This document shows positions 28,042-37,044 of a stretch of DNA of 64,000 nt, in pieces. Made by a program: the position numbers and the translations under genes. Position 1 is the first letter of the stretch. Each line of letters begins with the position of its first letter. Under the pieces are notes generated by a model that saw only the letters and a list, made by a program, of their open reading frames with translations, was not told where the DNA came from and did no database searches. This DNA comes from Actinomycetota bacterium. GTDB taxonomy: Bacteria; Actinomycetota; Geothermincolia; Fen-727; Anoxymicrobiaceae. Where the stretch lies: positions 33,700 through 97,699 of the forward strand of contig JAHJCO010000041.1 of the NCBI GenBank assembly GCA_018831265.1. Reading direction: 5' to 3'.

Positions 28042-28836
28042 TCAGGCGACGTCCCTGCGCTGGAAGGCCCACAGGGCTCCCGCGAAGCAGGCCAGGCCGA
28101 ACAGGCAGGGCACGAGCACGTTCCTGGCGGGCAGGCTGGACTTCTGCAGCACCTCGAGCGGCTGGTAGTACTTGAAGATGCTGACCCACCCGATGAACTC
28201 TACGCTCTTCCAGTAGGACGCCGCGAAGTTCACGAGGTAGAAGAGCAGGGTCAGCCCCGCCGCTGCCATAGCCGCCGCGCCCGGGTCCTTGAGCAGGGCC
28301 GAGAACAGCATCGAGTAGCCGGCGATGGCGATCATCAGGGAGACTGCGGGCAGGATAAAGATAGCGAAGCGCCCGTAGTCGGAGCCAACCCCGAAGACGG
28401 CCGCCCAGCCGATGAGGCTACCTACCGTCACCAGCACGAACCCCACGATCGCGGCGAGCAGGAGGCCGGCCTGCACGCTCATCAGCCGCCATCGCTGGAC
28501 CGGCTGCGATAGTAGGAACTCCAGGGTCCCGTCCTTGAGCTCGCCTGCGACCATGCGCCTTGCCATGGCGATGACGAACGCCGCGACCAGTATCACCCAC
28601 ATGAGGCTCAGGAACTGTAGCGTTACGTAGTTGTTGAACGTGTCCAGGTTGAAGCTGCTGACCCCGAAGAGCTTGACGAAAGCCTTCGGCATCTGTTTCG
28701 CGTAGTCCGTCTTCATCTTGCCGACGGTCGGGTAGATGGCCGCTAGCAGCAGAGAGTACAGGACGATCACGCCGGCGAATATCGCGGCCATCCGCCAGCG
28801 TTCCTTGAGCGTCTTGAGGACGAGGCTCCAGGTCAA
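28042..28836 (-). CDS. ABC-2 type transporter permease
   Basis: Six TM helices, AGE..GTLE.LLSQPV.R and the C-terminus FQRRDV. Confidence 0.9.
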   Translation of the reverse strand: MTWSLVLKTLKERWRMAAIFAGVIVLYSLLLAAIYPTVGKMKTDYAKQMPKAFVKLFGVSSFNLDTFNNYVTLQFLSLMWVILVAAFVIAMARRMVAGELKDGTLEFLLSQPVQRWRLMSVQAGLLLAAIVGFVLVTVGSLIGWAAVFGVGSDYGRFAIFILPAVSLMIAIAGYSMLFSALLKDPGAAAMAAAGLTLLFYLVNFAASYWKSVEFIGWVSIFKYYQPLEVLQKSSLPARNVLVPCLFGLACFAGALWAFQRRDVA

Positions 28837-29732
28837 CGCGTCTCGCCCCCCTCCCGGCCGTAGAACTCCAGGAAGGCGTCCTCCAGGCTCGCGTGCCCTA
28901 TACTCAGGTCGAGCAGCTCCCTGCCGGTCAGGACCCCGAGCAGCGAGTTGAGGTCACCGCGGAACTTGAGCTGTATCCGGTTGCCGGCGCGCTCGAAGCC
29001 GCTGACCCCCTCGACGCGGTCGATGCCGTCCGGCGGGTCGGCGGCGTAGATGACCTCCACGTTGCGCAGGTGCTTGCCGCGGAGGTCCTCGATGCGCTCG
29101 GTACCCACCAGGGTACCCGCCCTGATGATGCCGACCCGGTCGGCCAGCCGCTCGACCTCGGGGAGGTTGTGTGACGAGAACAGGACCGTGGTGCCGCCCT
29201 CACGCCGCTCGTTGAGTATCTCGTAGAGGACGTGCTGGGTGATCGGGTCGAGCCCGTTGGTGGGCTCGTCCATTATAAGCAGCGGGGGGTCCTTCATGAG
29301 GGCGAGAACGATGGCCAGCTTCTGCTTCATGCCCCGTGAGTAGCCCTCCACTTTGCGGTCAAGGTCCAGCTCCAGGCGCGCGGCCAGCGCGCGGCCGGAA
29401 GCCTCCCGGCCGCCGTCGAAGCTGTCCACAAAGCGCACCAACTCTTCCCCGGTCATGCGCGGGTAGAGGGCAGGCTCGCCGGGCAGGTACCCCACCAGCC
29501 GCTTGACATCGACGCTCTTCTGCCAGGCGTCCAATCCCTTGACCGAGGCGCTGCCGCGGTTGGGCTTGAGCATCCCCATGATGAGGCGGATGGTGGTGGT
29601 CTTGCCCGCGCCGTTGGGGCCGAGGAAGCCGAACAGCTCGCCCTGGAAGACCTCCAGGTCGAGGTCCTGGACCCCGACGACCTTCCCGTAGTATTTGGTC
29701 AGGCCCTCGGTATGTATGACTGTCTCTGGCAT
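28833..29732 (-). CDS. ABC-2 type transporter ATP-binding protein
   Basis: GPNGAGKTT, YSRGMKQK, LIMDEPT, SSH. Confidence 0.95.
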   Translation of the reverse strand: MPETVIHTEGLTKYYGKVVGVQDLDLEVFQGELFGFLGPNGAGKTTTIRLIMGMLKPNRGSASVKGLDAWQKSVDVKRLVGYLPGEPALYPRMTGEELVRFVDSFDGGREASGRALAARLELDLDRKVEGYSRGMKQKLAIVLALMKDPPLLIMDEPTNGLDPITQHVLYEILNERREGGTTVLFSSHNLPEVERLADRVGIIRAGTLVGTERIEDLRGKHLRNVEVIYAADPPDGIDRVEGVSGFERAGNRIQLKFRGDLNSLLGVLTGRELLDLSIGHASLEDAFLEFYGREGGETR

Positions 29733-29824
29733 GCCCCTGAGCCTATCAGATTTTCGCATCGGGGTCAGACGCCGATGCGGAAGGCGGTCTCGAAACGTCA
29801 TACTGTTGGTGGAGGTAGAGAAGA

Positions 29825-30730
29825 GTGATTGTATCGGCGAGCTACCGCACCGACATACCGGCCTACTACGGCGAGTGGTTCATTAACAGGCTGGCCGCCG
29901 GGTACTGCATGGTCGCCAACCCGTACGGCGGGCGGCCGTACCGGGTGCCCCTGCGAAGGGAGGAAGGTGTCGAGGCGTTCGTCTTCTGGACCAGGGACCC
30001 GGAGCCGTTCATCGACTGCCTGCGGGTCGTGGCCCGTGAGCACGGTTTCCCGTTCGTCGTCCAATACACAATCATCCCGTACCCCGAGGCGCTGGACCGT
30101 GAGGTCACCGACCCCGAGCGCGCCGCCGCCTGCGTGCACCTCCTGCGCGACGAGTACGGACCGAGGGCCATGGTCTGGCGCTACGATCCCATCGTCTTCT
30201 CGTCGCTCACCCCTCCGGAGTGGCACCTGGAGCGCTTCGAGACCCTGGCCTCTTCGCTGGAGGGCGCAACAGACGAGGTGGTCGTCTCGTTCGCGCAGGT
30301 GTACCGCAAGACCGAGCGCAACCTGGACGCGGCCGCCCGCGAGCACGGCTTCACCTGGGAGGACCCGCCCGACGATGCGAAGCGGCGATTTCTCCTCGAG
30401 CTTTCCAGCACCGCCTCCGGACACGGGATGCGCCTCAGTATCTGCGCCCAGCCCCGGCTACTGGCCCAGGGAGTCGAACCCGCCTCATGTATAAACCCTG
30501 GGCGGCTCGGGGACGTGGCCCGCCACCTTGGCATCGAGCCCGCGACCGTTCGCGCCAGGCGAAAGCCTCACCGCGAGGACTGCGGCTGCTGGGAGAGCCG
30601 CGACATAGGCGCCTACCACACCTGCCCCCACGGCTGCACCTACTGCTACGCGGTGAACGACCGGGAGCGGGCTGCCCACCGTTTCGCCGCCCACGACCCG
30701 GAAGGCGAGTTCCTCCTGCCTCCAGGCTGA
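29825..30730 (+). CDS. DUF1848 family protein
   Basis: IVSASYRTDIPA.Y..WF, VFWT, WRYDP, CGC.ESRDIG.Y.TCPHGC.YCYA. Confidence 0.9.
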   Translation: MIVSASYRTDIPAYYGEWFINRLAAGYCMVANPYGGRPYRVPLRREEGVEAFVFWTRDPEPFIDCLRVVAREHGFPFVVQYTIIPYPEALDREVTDPERAAACVHLLRDEYGPRAMVWRYDPIVFSSLTPPEWHLERFETLASSLEGATDEVVVSFAQVYRKTERNLDAAAREHGFTWEDPPDDAKRRFLLELSSTASGHGMRLSICAQPRLLAQGVEPASCINPGRLGDVARHLGIEPATVRARRKPHREDCGCWESRDIGAYHTCPHGCTYCYAVNDRERAAHRFAAHDPEGEFLLPPG

Positions 30731-30838
30731 TTCAACATCAATAGCACCACCGATGTGGCCGCTGATTTGACCTTGACTAATAATAACGTTAATATGTCAT
30801 TATTATTGCATAATATTGACATGCTAAGGATAGTGATA

Positions 30839-32131
30839 ATGGACCTAATCACGTTCAATCCCTGGTGGAGGGACGGCAGGGTGTCTGCGGCTCTCGTTGG
30901 CAGGAAACGGCGGTTGCTGGCCGGGCTCTCGGAATATATGGGCCTGCGGCAGATGCTCATCCTCTACGGCCTGCGGCGGGTCGGTAAGACGACCACCATG
31001 TTCCAGTTGATCGATGGCCTCCTGGAGCGCGAAGAGGCAGATCCGTACCACATCCTCTACTTCTCTTTCGACGAAGAGAAGGCCGATATCAAGGAGATTC
31101 TGGCGGCTTACGAGAGGCAGATCATCAGAGAAGACCTGCCCCGCGACAGGAAGACCTACCTGTTCCTCGACGAGGTGCAGAAGCTCGACGACTGGCCGGA
31201 CAAGGTCAAAGTCATCTATGACATGTACCCCAGCGTGAAGCTCTGCCTCTCGGGTTCGGCCGCCATAGCCATCACCAAAGGGGTGAAGGAAAGCCTGGCG
31301 GGAAGGTTCTTCGAGACCATGATCGAACCCCTCGACTTCGACGAATACCTGGAGTTCTCAGGGGATGACATCGACCGCGAGCAGGAGAGGGTCTTTGAGC
31401 TGCGAATACGCCGCAGGTTCGAGGAGTTCATGGCGAACGGGGGCTTCATCGAGGCGCTGGAGCTTTCCGATTCCCACAGAAACAGGTACTTCAAGGAGGG
31501 CCTTCTAGAAAGAGTCATCTACCGCGACCTGCCGGACAGCTTCCATATCAACGCGCCCGACCTTCTGTACAGGTGCATGCGCGTCTGCGCCGAGAAGCCG
31601 GGTATGCTCCTCGACTACAGTAGCCTGGGGCGGGACCTCGGTCACGACCAGCGGACCATTGCAGCATACTTCTCTCACCTCGAATACGCTCTGCTGGCGA
31701 ACAAGCTCTACAATTACTCGCCCAATCTCCTCACGAGCGAGAAGAAGATGAAGAAGGTCTATCTATCGAGTACGGCGTTCAGCGTAGCGCTCTCCCCGCC
31801 GGTCGGCCGCCCGGAGCTTATCGAGCAGTTCTTCGCGAACGTCCTCAAGGCCCGGTTCTTCTCGAGGACCCCCCAGAGGGACGAGGTGGACCTGGTCCTG
31901 TCAGGCGATGGGGAGGTGGTCCCGATCGAGGTCAAGATCAGGTCCGAAGTGAAGAAGCGGGACGCCACGCCCCTGTTCAAGTTCCTGCACAGGTACAAAG
32001 CCGCCAGGGGGTACATGATCTCGGACGGTACCGAGACCGTGTTCTCGGATGGCGAGAAGGAGGTAGAGGTCATTCCCTACTGGATGTACTGGACGTTGAT
32101 GGACAGACTTGGTGGTATTCTCGACAGGTGA
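30839..32131 (+). CDS. AAA+ ATPase (AAA_14 plus DUF4143 nuclease-like C-terminus)
   Basis: FNPWW, GLRRVGKTT, FLDEVQ, SGS, KK.Y and EVD…PIEVK. Confidence 0.9.
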   Translation: MDLITFNPWWRDGRVSAALVGRKRRLLAGLSEYMGLRQMLILYGLRRVGKTTTMFQLIDGLLEREEADPYHILYFSFDEEKADIKEILAAYERQIIREDLPRDRKTYLFLDEVQKLDDWPDKVKVIYDMYPSVKLCLSGSAAIAITKGVKESLAGRFFETMIEPLDFDEYLEFSGDDIDREQERVFELRIRRRFEEFMANGGFIEALELSDSHRNRYFKEGLLERVIYRDLPDSFHINAPDLLYRCMRVCAEKPGMLLDYSSLGRDLGHDQRTIAAYFSHLEYALLANKLYNYSPNLLTSEKKMKKVYLSSTAFSVALSPPVGRPELIEQFFANVLKARFFSRTPQRDEVDLVLSGDGEVVPIEVKIRSEVKKRDATPLFKFLHRYKAARGYMISDGTETVFSDGEKEVEVIPYWMYWTLMDRLGGILDR

Positions 32132-32275
32132 CAGGACATCGGTTATTCGATGACGGTTTTTTCAGGAGGGCAGAACCCTTGGACTCTGTTCAACCGGCTA
32201 GCTTGTTATCGGGTCTTTCGTAACTGAACCGAGCTCGGTGAATACCGTTGGTAGTCTGCCGCAGAATGTAGCCAG

Positions 32276-32842
32276 CTACTGTGCAGGTCTGCGTATCACT
32301 GCCCTCTCGGCATATTCCACTGTAGGCTCGGCCTCAAATTCCTCGATAGCCTGGTCCTCGTCCTTGCCTTCTGTCAGATGTACCGAGACGCCAAACCTAT
32401 CAGCACCAGTTCCAATGTTCCAGATACATGTCACAGAAGCCTGGTGCCTCGCCACGACCTCGCGAGCGGTCTCTTCAGATACGCCTTCTTTGAATTGGAC
32501 GATCACTTCCCCCTCCTGAAAATCACCTTCCGGCGTCGTGGTCGGAGGCGCAGGGGTCGTCTCAGGTGTCGTAGGAACCGTATCTACAGTTGGGGGAACG
32601 TCTTCTGAGGCCTGGGGCTCTTCCGCCTGGCCGCTAGTTGACTCGTCGCCCTGCGCGCTATTACTGGTGGAAGGGAGAGAAGTTGGGAGAGACGGCAACG
32701 AGAAAGATAGGCCGCCTCCGGATTCCTTCTTGTCGGAAGGCTTGACCTGGCTGCAGCCACCGATGATTAAGCTAATCGCCAAGAGCGCGAATGCAATGCA
32801 CACACATATGACCGAAGTAGACTTCTTTTGCCACATCCTCAT
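32276..32842 (-). CDS. Putative lipoprotein with a Ser/Thr/Pro linker and a subtilase-propeptide-like domain
   Basis: Hydrophobic signal ending IIGGC; GEVIVQFKEGVS…P.VEYAE. Confidence 0.65.
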   Translation of the reverse strand: MRMWQKKSTSVICVCIAFALLAISLIIGGCSQVKPSDKKESGGGLSFSLPSLPTSLPSTSNSAQGDESTSGQAEEPQASEDVPPTVDTVPTTPETTPAPPTTTPEGDFQEGEVIVQFKEGVSEETAREVVARHQASVTCIWNIGTGADRFGVSVHLTEGKDEDQAIEEFEAEPTVEYAERAVIRRPAQ

Positions 32843-33061
32843 TGAGGCATTCTCCCCGTTTGCTCGAGGTTACTATAAAGCACGTTACAGGCCCGGTCCA
32901 ACTCGTACCACGCTTGTCGGCCCACGACCCTGAGTGAGTTCATCCTGCCTCCTCCTTGGCAGGCGTGACCTGGTCTCTTTGATTCATTTGCTTCCTTCCG
33001 TGTTACAGTTGCTTGATATGCTTGATCAGTTGCTTCAGCGAGGAAGGATTGGACGAGAGCG

Positions 33062-33256
33062 TTGAAGGTGCGTGATATCATCAGGATACTTGAAAAGGAC
33101 GGGTGGTTTCTGGTGACGACCAGGGGAAGTCATCGACAGTACAAGCATCAGATGAAGCCGGGCAGGGTTACGATAGCCGGTCACTTGAACGACGATCTGT
33201 CTCCGGGCACATTGGACAGCATATACAAGCAGGCGGGCTTGAAGGAGAGCCGATAG
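33062..33256 (+). CDS. hicA: HicA mRNA interferase toxin
   Basis: LEKDGW….RGSH.QYKH..KPG.VTI..H…L.PGTL.SI.KQAGL. Confidence 0.95.
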   Translation: MKVRDIIRILEKDGWFLVTTRGSHRQYKHQMKPGRVTIAGHLNDDLSPGTLDSIYKQAGLKESR

Positions 33257-33257
33257 G

Positions 33258-33485
33258 ATGTTCCGCTTTCTAGTCGTGATCGAGAAGGCAAACGGGAACT
33301 ACTCCGCATATTCTCCGGACCTGCCCGGATGCGTAGCATCCGGGGCGACCGTGAAAGAGGCGGAACGAAATATGCACGAGGCGATCGAGCTCCACGTGAA
33401 GGGGCTGATCGAAGACGGCCAGCCGGTTCCCGTCTCCGAATCCTTCGCGGAGTATTTCGCCATACCGGAGGATATCGCGCAGTAG
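33258..33485 (+). CDS. hicB: HicB antitoxin (short form)
   Basis: YSAYSPDLPGCVASGAT..EA..N..EAI.LH. Confidence 0.95.
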   Translation: MFRFLVVIEKANGNYSAYSPDLPGCVASGATVKEAERNMHEAIELHVKGLIEDGQPVPVSESFAEYFAIPEDIAQ

Positions 33486-33511
33486 TGTCCCATTGACCAC
33501 CCGGAGGTCTC

Positions 33512-35851
33512 ATGCTCCGCAAAACGATAATTGCGCTGGGGGTGGCCGTTCTCTCGGTCGCCTTCGCGCCCATGGCACTCGCCTCGAGCGGCTGGACCGG
33601 GGGGCACGACGTGGTCGGGTGCACTCAGGCCGCCACCACCTGGTACTTCGCGGAGGGGACGACCCGCACCGGGTTCAACGAGTGGGTCTGCCTGTACAAC
33701 CCCGCGGACAACGATACCAGCGCGACCTTCACCTATATGCTCGAGGACGGCAGCACCGAAGTGAAGACGTACGAGCTGCGCGCCGCGAGCCGCACCACCG
33801 TGGATGTGAACCTCGAGCTGGGGCCCGGGCACGACGTTTCGATAAAGGTCGATTCGGCAGCCCCGGTGGTCGCCGAGCGTCCCATGTATTTCCGCTATAA
33901 CGGCATGTGGACCGGTGGTCACGACGTGGTGGGGACCAACGGACCCCTGCCGGAGTGGTTCTTCGCCGAGGGCACTTGCCGTCCGGGCTTCGATCCCTAC
34001 ATCTGCATCCAGAACCCGGGCTCTGGAGACGCCGCCGTGCTCGTCACCTACATGCTGGGCGACGGCACCACGCGCGAGGAGAACCTGACCGTCGGTGCGC
34101 ACAGCCGTTCGACGGTCGTCCCCAGGCAACTGCTGGGCGAGGGCGACGACGCCGCGCACGACTTCTCCGCGCACGTGGAGACGACCAACGGCGCGCTTAT
34201 CGTGGCCGAGCGCCCGATGTACTTCAACTACAAGGGCGGCTGGAGCGGCGGGCACGACGTGGTGGGCGCGACCGCCCCATCGACCGCGTTCCACTTCGCC
34301 GAGGGGACGTGCCGCCCCGGCTTCGATCCTTACCTCTGCATCCAGAACCCGAGCGACAAGACCTCCCGCCTCCGGATCACCTACATGCTGGGTAGCGGCG
34401 CTACCCAGGCCCAGTCCCTGGCCATCAGCCCCCACTCGCGGTCAACGGTCGTCGTCAAGCAGGTGCTGGGAGAGTTCGACGACCCGGCCCACGACTTCTC
34501 TGCCAGCGTGGAGACGACCGACGGGAGCAAGGTCATCGCCGAGCGGCCGATGTACTTCAATTACAAGGGGGCCTGGACGGGCGGGCACGACGTGGTCGGG
34601 GCTACCTCTCCCGCCCAGTCGTTCTCCTTCGCCGAGGGCACCTGCCGTCCAGGCTTCGACGCCTACCTGTGCATCCAGAACCCCGGGCCCGAGACCTCCG
34701 CCATCAATATCACGTACGTGCTGGGGGACGGGACCAGCCGGCAGCAGGCGCTCGACGTCGGCCCCAACAGCCGGGCGACCGTCTTCGTCAAGGACGTGCT
34801 GGGGGAGGGCAACGACCCGGCGCACGACTTCTCCGCCACCGTCGCCACGACCAACGGCACGGAGATAATCGCCGAGCGGCCCATCTACTACGACTACTAC
34901 AGCACCGCGAAATGGTCGATGGCCGTGCTCGGGGACGTGAACCTCGGTGGCGACGTGTCGCCGACTCTGGCCGCCAACGGCTTCGGGTACGTGTGGACCG
35001 GGGTCGGCCCGTATATCTCGGAGGCGACCCTGGGATTCGCGAACCTGGAGTGCACCATGTCATACCAGGGCTCGCCGGTCCCCGGGAAGACGTTCACCTT
35101 CGAGGGCGACCCAAACGCTCTGCCCGCGATGCGTGACGCAGGGGTTGACGTCGTTTCGCAGGCCAACAACCACGCCCGGGACTACGGGGCGGTGGCACTG
35201 CTGGACTGCCTGGGTTACCTGGACGGGTTCGGCATCGCTCACTGCGGCGCGGGGGCCGACTACGAGAGTGCACACGTCCCCGCGTACCTCGACGCCGAAG
35301 GACTGCGCGTGGCATTCCTGGCGTACGACGACATCGGTACCGCGGGATGGTACGCCGACGCCGGCTACCCGGGGGTCTGCGACGCGACCGATACGGGCAG
35401 GCTCATCGCCGACGTCCAGGCGGCGAGCCTCAACGCCGACTTCGTGGTGGTCTCCTTCCACTGGGGCAACGAGAAGGAGTACACCCCGACGGCGCGCCAG
35501 GCGAACCTCGCGCGGCTGTCAATTGACTGCGGCGCGGACATCGTGCTTGGCCATCACCCGCACGTGGTGCAGGGGATGGAGATATACAACGGCGGACTGA
35601 TCTGCTATTCGCTGGGCAACTTTGTGTTCAACCCTGGCAGCGACGCCGGGCACTACACGATACTGACCCGGATATCACTCGACTCGCGTGGGTTCCTGCA
35701 GGCCGAGTCGCACCCGGTCCACATAGACAGCTGCCGACCGACCATCATGGGGGGCGAGGCCGGGGCCGCCTGGATTAACCAGGTGGCGGCCATAGTGCAG
35801 GGGCTGGGGACACCCGCCCGGGTGCAGGACAACGTGATGTACGTACCGTGA
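33512..35851 (+). CDS. Secreted CapA/PGA_cap metallophosphatase with four N-terminal WYxAEG repeats
   Basis: Signal peptide and four repeats, then GDV, ANLE, ANNH..DYG, HWG.E, GHHPHV.QG, YSLGNF. Confidence 0.88.
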   Translation: MLRKTIIALGVAVLSVAFAPMALASSGWTGGHDVVGCTQAATTWYFAEGTTRTGFNEWVCLYNPADNDTSATFTYMLEDGSTEVKTYELRAASRTTVDVNLELGPGHDVSIKVDSAAPVVAERPMYFRYNGMWTGGHDVVGTNGPLPEWFFAEGTCRPGFDPYICIQNPGSGDAAVLVTYMLGDGTTREENLTVGAHSRSTVVPRQLLGEGDDAAHDFSAHVETTNGALIVAERPMYFNYKGGWSGGHDVVGATAPSTAFHFAEGTCRPGFDPYLCIQNPSDKTSRLRITYMLGSGATQAQSLAISPHSRSTVVVKQVLGEFDDPAHDFSASVETTDGSKVIAERPMYFNYKGAWTGGHDVVGATSPAQSFSFAEGTCRPGFDAYLCIQNPGPETSAINITYVLGDGTSRQQALDVGPNSRATVFVKDVLGEGNDPAHDFSATVATTNGTEIIAERPIYYDYYSTAKWSMAVLGDVNLGGDVSPTLAANGFGYVWTGVGPYISEATLGFANLECTMSYQGSPVPGKTFTFEGDPNALPAMRDAGVDVVSQANNHARDYGAVALLDCLGYLDGFGIAHCGAGADYESAHVPAYLDAEGLRVAFLAYDDIGTAGWYADAGYPGVCDATDTGRLIADVQAASLNADFVVVSFHWGNEKEYTPTARQANLARLSIDCGADIVLGHHPHVVQGMEIYNGGLICYSLGNFVFNPGSDAGHYTILTRISLDSRGFLQAESHPVHIDSCRPTIMGGEAGAAWINQVAAIVQGLGTPARVQDNVMYVP

Positions 35852-35915
35852 GACCCCCTCACCCCTACCCTCTTCCCCCAGGGGAGAGGGGGAAAGGAAG
35901 CCGGGACTTCTACGG

Positions 35916-37037
35916 ATGAGCGGAATGATGCCCAACCCGGAGACGGTCGAGATCCAGACCGCGGACGGGGTCACGCTGCGGTGCCGGCGATACAGGAAGC
36001 CCGGCGCCAGGGCGGTCGTCTGCGGCCACGGGCTGGCCTCCAGTGCCTACGCCTTCGACCTCCCGCTGTACGGGTTCAACATCGCGAGGGTGCTCTACGG
36101 CCTGGGGTACGAGGTCTGGCTGGTGAACTTCCGCGGCGCGGGGCACCCGCCCTGGCGAAGCGACGACGGAGGTTGGGGCGGGGCCGGCGACGAGCTGGGA
36201 GTCTTCGACCTGCCCGCGGTCATCGAGCATGTGTACCGGGAGACCGGCCGGCCGGTCTTCTACACGGGACACTCGTTCGGAGGTATGTCCATCTACGTCT
36301 ACCTGCAGGGAGCGGCGATGGAGCCCGGTGACCCCGAGCGCAAGGTCCACCGCGATCCCGCCGAGGCGAGAAGGCGCAACCGGATGGTCGCGGGCGCGCT
36401 GACCGTCGGGAGCATGTCGGTCCTGGTGGACGACCCCCGGCCCCCGCTGCTGGAGCGTATAAGCAGGTTTCCGCGCGTCAGGAGAGTGTTGAAGCGTTTC
36501 GAGGACTGGCTGATCAGGCGCGCGTTTCGAAAGCCCGGCCTGGCGATCGGCAGGATGTCCCGCCGGCTCGGGTTCCGGCATCCACTGCTGGCCGGTCTCG
36601 TAATGTCCAGCCCGTTCCTGGACCTGTACATGGTCTCGCGCAACATGGGGTTCGAGGCGTGCAGGCTGTTCGGGATATGGGCGGGCGGTGACGTCGCTGT
36701 CCGCGAGGTGGCACAGACGGTCCGGGACATCAGGACCGGTGAGTTCTCCTCCTACGCGCCCGAGGGCCACGAGCCCTTCGACTACGGCGCCGGCATGGGA
36801 GAGATAACCACCCCGCTGGTCGCAGCCGCGGGTACCGAGGACTTCATCCGACCGTTACACGTGAAGGGCGGGGTCATCGACCGGATCTCCTCGGAGCGCA
36901 AACGGTTCATAGAGATGAAGGGGTACGGGCACGTGGACATGCTCTATCACCTGCCGTATGCCGAGATTATGGCATTCCTGGAGGAGGGTGCCGGGCAACA
37001 GGACGCCCCCACCCCCACCGACGGCGAAGAAGGTTAG
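35916..37037 (+). CDS. Alpha/beta hydrolase
   Basis: TADGV.L, HGL, GY.VW..NFRG.G, nucleophile GHSFGG, G.ED and YGH.D. Confidence 0.88.
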   Translation: MSGMMPNPETVEIQTADGVTLRCRRYRKPGARAVVCGHGLASSAYAFDLPLYGFNIARVLYGLGYEVWLVNFRGAGHPPWRSDDGGWGGAGDELGVFDLPAVIEHVYRETGRPVFYTGHSFGGMSIYVYLQGAAMEPGDPERKVHRDPAEARRRNRMVAGALTVGSMSVLVDDPRPPLLERISRFPRVRRVLKRFEDWLIRRAFRKPGLAIGRMSRRLGFRHPLLAGLVMSSPFLDLYMVSRNMGFEACRLFGIWAGGDVAVREVAQTVRDIRTGEFSSYAPEGHEPFDYGAGMGEITTPLVAAAGTEDFIRPLHVKGGVIDRISSERKRFIEMKGYGHVDMLYHLPYAEIMAFLEEGAGQQDAPTPTDGEEG

Positions 37038-37044
37038 GGGAAGG

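Noticed and set aside
32839..33081. 80-aa ORF upstream of the lipoprotein
   Set aside because: It overlaps hicA on the opposite strand and has no motif or clear RBS; this is probably the promoter region of the divergent genes.
33900..34890. Near-identical DNA repeats suggesting a diversity-generating retroelement TR/VR pair
   Set aside because: They are the in-frame protein repeats. The differences are not adenine-specific and there is no reverse transcriptase in the window.
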